The notes under the pieces were generated by a model, which saw only the letters and a list, made by a program, of their open reading frames with translations, searched no databases and was not told the origin of the DNA. From Deltaproteobacteria bacterium (GTDB lineage: Bacteria; UBA10199; JADFYH01), in the NCBI GenBank assembly GCA_015233135.1, contig JADFYH010000002.1:43102-107101 (forward strand): a stretch of 64,000 nucleotides of DNA, in the 5' to 3' direction. This document shows, piece by piece, positions 59,664 through 64,000 of the stretch; the stretch's first letter is position 1, and each line of letters starts with the position of its first letter. A program made the position numbers and the translations under genes.

Positions 59664-60812
59664 CGGTTCGAGGTGCTCATCATTTGATTTCGTATCTAAT
59701 GCAGAGGGCACTGCTTTTATCTGATCGTAAGTTTCCTTAGCCTTGTTGATGAGTTGTTTCATGGCTTTAAGCCCCTCAATCTGTGTGCCTGAAGCAAGCA
59801 TGCCATTAAGTTTTTTCAATGACTGCCAAGACTGCAATACTTCTTGATTACGAGCGGGCTCATCTTGTTGATAAATTTTATCAGTTTCTAGCCCATTAAT
59901 AATGCTTGGAACTTTTCCTTTCAAAGCACTGAGTTCAAAATGCGTAATACGGTTTAAAAGATTAATACTCAAGTAGCGTTGAATGGGTAAGCGACCACCA
60001 CTATTTAAAGGATTAAATCGATCGATCGAAAAATTCCTTAAATTCGACCACCATCCCGTGGCACCTGCACTGCCTCCAGCTATTCCTAAAAATGGAGTCA
60101 AAATATCAGAATATCCATTGATTACCTCAAAGCCATTCAGTTTCAAGGTATGATTGAGCATCATCCAAGCCGCAATAACATCAGGGTTATAAATGTCGGA
60201 GCGGGCTTCATTACTGCGAGCTGCTACCAAAAGATAAAACCCACTGGGAGGGGTTTCTAGCATGGTCACTTCATTGAGAAATTCAAAGAAATCATTTTTA
60301 TCAGTTAGCGCTTCACGAGAAACAGCCAACGTAACATACAACGGTTTGTTATCTTTAATCTTTGTATGATGGACTTCAGCGGCTTGTCGGATAAAATCTT
60401 TTGAGATGCTAGCTTCGATGGAATCGAACGATCGATGAATGAGAATATTCGGAGCAATATAAGCAGTCAGATTAAGTTTTTTTTGGAATTGAAGAGCCAA
60501 AGAAATTATATTTACGACTTCACTTTCTCTTTCAAGCTGGCTGCGTCGTGTGTGTTGAAAATATTCTGTATAGTCATCTTCAAGGTACCCAAGCTTTGCA
60601 CCATCCTGTTTTATTAGAAAGGAAGCATAAAATTGCGGATCAAAATAAAGCTCAATGCTGGGTGAGCTTTTGGAAATATCTTGAATTTTTTTTTCGAGCT
60701 TTTCAAAAGAAACATCGCGCGGGCTGTATATCACACCATCGATTAATTTTTGTGAAATTCCTTCGTTAATTTTTTCACCCTCTTGTGAGCCGTGTTGTGC
60801 GAAAAGTTTCAT
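59604..60812 (-). CDS. Hypothetical 402-aa protein, AT-rich, directly downstream of the kinase gene on the same strand.
   Basis: ORF overlapping the kinase stop by 4 nt. No homology recognised. Confidence 0.55.
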   Translation of the reverse strand: MKLFAQHGSQEGEKINEGISQKLIDGVIYSPRDVSFEKLEKKIQDISKSSPSIELYFDPQFYASFLIKQDGAKLGYLEDDYTEYFQHTRRSQLERESEVVNIISLALQFQKKLNLTAYIAPNILIHRSFDSIEASISKDFIRQAAEVHHTKIKDNKPLYVTLAVSREALTDKNDFFEFLNEVTMLETPPSGFYLLVAARSNEARSDIYNPDVIAAWMMLNHTLKLNGFEVINGYSDILTPFLGIAGGSAGATGWWSNLRNFSIDRFNPLNSGGRLPIQRYLSINLLNRITHFELSALKGKVPSIINGLETDKIYQQDEPARNQEVLQSWQSLKKLNGMLASGTQIEGLKAMKQLINKAKETYDQIKAVPSALDTKSNDEHLEPLEEALRLFRKHAEIDFPTN

Positions 60813-61732
60813 AGTGAACCCTCCAATTTTTTAATCATCACCTGAATATTACTTGGTCTGAGTGCCGGTTTCTTTTTAAGCATCTGGTCAATTATCTGGC
60901 AAAGAGCCTCTGTTAAATCTGGGCGTTCATCCCTGAGCGGAACCGGTTTTTGACGAATGGCCCTTGAAATTGTATTTACCAAATCATCTTGCGATTGTGC
61001 CAGTGGATGCTTGAAACAGGCATATTCATAAATACTCAAAGCTGCATTATAGAGATCACTTCTGTAATCGATGTTCTGACGAAAATTTGGATCCATCATT
61101 TCAGGCGCAAGATATCTGTATGTTGCTGGGGGTAATCGATTTTGTGCGTTAAAGGTCAAAGCTGTATCGGTAGTGGAAAACGCAATTCCAAGATCGAGGA
61201 GAACAAAGGGTCTTTTTTTATCTCCGGTTTTGATGATGTTACACGGTTTGATGTCACGATGAATATAATCATGTTCCCAAAGATTTTTAATTGCCCTCAG
61301 TAAAGCCACAAACAATTGCTTTAATTCTAACTCGCTCGGTTTAGGCCCATTAGATTTGAGTGATTCTCTGATCGAATCAAAAAGGTTTTGACCTTGAATG
61401 AATTCTTCTGAATAAACGAAATATTCCTGAGCACCCAAATGGGTGAGTTGGTGTGTTATTGATCCAAGTTTGACAAGTTCGTTTACCTTGCATTTACCTA
61501 GCGCTAAAACCTCACGCTCAATTCTACCAATAAATTCTTTGCGAATTCCATCAGCTTCTTCTGAATTTTCTAGCATTGGAATTTGTACAAGTTTTACGGC
61601 TTCAATAATACCGGAAACTTTAGCCTTATAAACAACTTTGAATCCACCAGTGGCAATGTGCTCCAGATCAGATATTTGGGAAAACTTTTGTTTGATCAGT
61701 TCTTTGTTGGGTAATTCAATTGCCATACACAT
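60809..61732 (-). CDS. Eukaryotic-type Ser/Thr protein kinase domain protein.
   Basis: Gly-loop/VAIK-like IATGGFKVVYKAKV...AVKLV. Catalytic loop HRDIKPCNII. DLG (DFG-like). APE motif YLAPE. Confidence 0.8.
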   Translation of the reverse strand: MCMAIELPNKELIKQKFSQISDLEHIATGGFKVVYKAKVSGIIEAVKLVQIPMLENSEEADGIRKEFIGRIEREVLALGKCKVNELVKLGSITHQLTHLGAQEYFVYSEEFIQGQNLFDSIRESLKSNGPKPSELELKQLFVALLRAIKNLWEHDYIHRDIKPCNIIKTGDKKRPFVLLDLGIAFSTTDTALTFNAQNRLPPATYRYLAPEMMDPNFRQNIDYRSDLYNAALSIYEYACFKHPLAQSQDDLVNTISRAIRQKPVPLRDERPDLTEALCQIIDQMLKKKPALRPSNIQVMIKKLEGSL

Positions 61733-61769
61733 CCCTTCTATAAAATAAGTTTTCTAATACATTTTGTGA

Positions 61770-64000
61770 TCATGGTTCACCCCACACTCGTGCAAGTGTG
61801 ATTTGTATTTTTTTCTCAAAGCGCTCTATCAACTCGTTGTTAGCATTCACTAGTCTTTGCTCGGCTTCGATCTCGGCGACAATTGTTTGCTGCGTGGCGA
61901 GGGGTGGGAGGGGGATTTTAATTTGCTTCAAGTGTGATGGCCCAAAATTTGGCTGTGCCGCGCCCGTAATTAGCCTGTCTATTTGTATCTTAAAGAGTGG
62001 GCTGTCGAGAAAGACCTTGATGTAGCCTTGAAGAATACGTGTAGCATCCTTGGGATGAAGACGAATATTGCTCGTATTCACCATGACCGGGAATCCATGG
62101 TTTTTGAAAATCGCATTTTTTCCGTAGGTTGCTCCCGAACTAGCCAAGATAATGTCACCGTCCTCAACTAAGAAGTGACTATATTTTGCTGTGAACTCCT
62201 CCTCTGAAACATGCTTGTCGGAATTATCTAGAATGACTCTGTCCCCAACGATATTTTTTACGTTTAGCAGCTTGATACCGCTTGATGTGAACTGCCAATT
62301 GCGAATACCAGGCCCTTCTTGGAAGAACACAATTTCATCAAACGACACCATCGGCCAATCAGGATGAATAGGTATATGCGGACGATAGTTATCAAGCACA
62401 GCACGAGCACCATCAATCACTTTCTGATAGCCCTCGATCTCTGCCACAATCTCTTTCTGCACCTCCAGCAGCGGTAAGGGAATTTTGTATGGAGCAATGC
62501 TCTGCCTTGTGATTTGAGGCTGCGCAGAACCAGAGATCGTCGAAGATAGGTCAGAATATTTTAGGATTTGGAAAAGGTACTCTTTGAGAATCGATTCAAT
62601 TTTTGGAGCAAAGACCATTGCGTTGCCTGTAATCCATGATTTTGCTTTCGAATAGTTTAGAGTTCCGCAGGTTGCTCCGCGACAAGTTACGATTACTTCT
62701 GGAAACTCATGATTGAATTTATCATACCTTCCAATGACACCATTCGCTCCGTAAACAAGATAAGCACCATCCTCCTTCATATCCTGTTGAGTAATGGTTT
62801 TTGGTTGATAAATTTCACATAAATCACCAAGCGCCACGAATGGATGAATTAAATCTGCTGCTCGTTTTTCCCGATACCTTTCCCCACTCAGATTATAATC
62901 CCCACTCGCAGCAATCTTTTCTTTCGCCACAATCAAACCACAACCCAGCTGAAGCTTACTGATATCTTGCCGATTGTGAAGAGCTTGCAGATAAGCCTCA
63001 AGTTCAACTTTTACCTGCGGAAGATCATTCTTATCAAAAGAACGACGCTGAGCACCTAATCCAAAGCCATCATTTTCCACTTTGAAAAAGGCGATACTAT
63101 CACTTTGCCGCGCGAGAGATTTGTCGAGAATAAGAATAGAAGTTTTCACTCCAGAGTAAGGATTAAAACAACCCGCTGGGAGTGAGATCACTGCGACGAG
63201 TGAATTTTCTACCAGCATTTTTCGCAGCTCTTTATAAGCACCCTGACTTTGAAAAATAATTCCTTCAGGAACAATGATACCCGCACGTCCAGTGGGAGTA
63301 AGATGTTCAGCGATATAATCGACAAACAACACTTCGCTGCGTTTAGCCTGAATTGAAAATCGTTTATGTGGCTTGATGCCGCCTTTGGGTGACATGAAAG
63401 GTGGATTGGCGAGAATGACATCAGCAAATTCGTTCCATCGATCTTCAGAAGTGAGTGTGTCATATTCAAAAATGTGAGGATCAGTAAAGCCGTGTAAGTA
63501 AAGGTTCACCAGCGAAAGGCGTACCATGTCGGGTGAAATATCGTAGCCCTTAAAGTTTTTCGAGAGCTGCCCTTTTTCATCGGGTGTTAAAGTGCTGGAA
63601 TTTTTATCGTCGCTATTGCTACGCAAAATATGTTTATAAGCGGAGATGAGGAAGCCTGCAGTACCGCAAGCTGGATCAAGAATCATTTCGCCTTTTTTGG
63701 GGTTTATTACTTCGACGATGAAATCAATAATGTGTCGTGGGGTGCGGAATTGGCCTGCATCACCTTGTGAGCCGAGAACAGAAAGTAGATATTCAAACGC
63801 ATCACCTAAACTCTCACTGTGGTCGTAGCTAAACTCGTCGATAATTTTGAGAAAACTTTTGAGGGTTTCGGGATCACGATAAGGCAAATAAGCATTTTTG
63901 AAAATGTCGCGAAACAGTGGAGGAATTCCCGCATTCTGAGGCATGGTGCTGATACCTTCACCGTAAAGGCCAATCAGTTCATAGCCGCCAATACCAGCGC
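61770..64000 (-). CDS. Type I-like restriction-modification fusion: N6-adenine DNA methyltransferase (HsdM-like) fused to a complete two-TRD HsdS specificity region. N-terminus lies beyond the window edge.
   Basis: HsdM motifs DPACGTAGFL (motif I) and NPPF (motif IV). Two TRDs, each followed by the conserved PLPPL.EQ..IV linker. The frame stays open upstream of the listed Met to position 64000. Confidence 0.8.
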   Translation of the reverse strand, partial: AGIGGYELIGLYGEGISTMPQNAGIPPLFRDIFKNAYLPYRDPETLKSFLKIIDEFSYDHSESLGDAFEYLLSVLGSQGDAGQFRTPRHIIDFIVEVINPKKGEMILDPACGTAGFLISAYKHILRSNSDDKNSSTLTPDEKGQLSKNFKGYDISPDMVRLSLVNLYLHGFTDPHIFEYDTLTSEDRWNEFADVILANPPFMSPKGGIKPHKRFSIQAKRSEVLFVDYIAEHLTPTGRAGIIVPEGIIFQSQGAYKELRKMLVENSLVAVISLPAGCFNPYSGVKTSILILDKSLARQSDSIAFFKVENDGFGLGAQRRSFDKNDLPQVKVELEAYLQALHNRQDISKLQLGCGLIVAKEKIAASGDYNLSGERYREKRAADLIHPFVALGDLCEIYQPKTITQQDMKEDGAYLVYGANGVIGRYDKFNHEFPEVIVTCRGATCGTLNYSKAKSWITGNAMVFAPKIESILKEYLFQILKYSDLSSTISGSAQPQITRQSIAPYKIPLPLLEVQKEIVAEIEGYQKVIDGARAVLDNYRPHIPIHPDWPMVSFDEIVFFQEGPGIRNWQFTSSGIKLLNVKNIVGDRVILDNSDKHVSEEEFTAKYSHFLVEDGDIILASSGATYGKNAIFKNHGFPVMVNTSNIRLHPKDATRILQGYIKVFLDSPLFKIQIDRLITGAAQPNFGPSHLKQIKIPLPPLATQQTIVAEIEAEQRLVNANNELIERFEKKIQITLARVWGEP

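Overview
This 64-kb window is a bacterial chromosomal segment. The conserved gene order (thrS-infC-rpmI-rplT-pheS-pheT-ihfA-merR and rpsA-sppA-ihfB-lapA) and moderate-to-low GC content look proteobacterial, probably delta-like or Bdellovibrio/Myxococcota-like; this assignment is low confidence. Housekeeping blocks include thrS to merR, surE-pcm-nlpD-apt, rpsA-sppA-ihfB, rodA, futalosine-pathway menaquinone genes (mqnA and a radical-SAM mqnE/C-type gene), purM-purN, guaB-guaA, copA, a ubiD-family gene and rpoZ. Interspersed are AT-richer accessory patches. The most striking is a 2639-aa membrane protein carrying an embedded phosphatidylserine-decarboxylase-like domain. It is followed 16 bp downstream by a second large ORF that runs off the window edge and that the ORF track does not list. 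Other accessory content: a putative sigma-54 promoter upstream of two secreted-looking proteins, one with a VWD-like GDPH domain; a polymorphic-toxin-like gene with a candidate immunity gene, next to an excisionase-like HTH gene and a tRNA fragment; an AbiEi/AbiEii pair with a 29-bp palindromic operator; a coiled-coil gene with seven perfect 21-bp tandem repeats; and, at the 3' edge, a fused HsdM-HsdS methyltransferase/specificity gene followed by a eukaryotic-type Ser/Thr kinase and two unknown genes. Two tRNAs are present, tRNA-Pro(GGG) and tRNA-Val(GAC), plus a duplicated 3' fragment of tRNA-Pro. A family of GC-rich palindromic REP/MITE-like repeats occurs in intergenic regions and also in frame inside coding sequences. 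No CRISPR array or rRNA is present.
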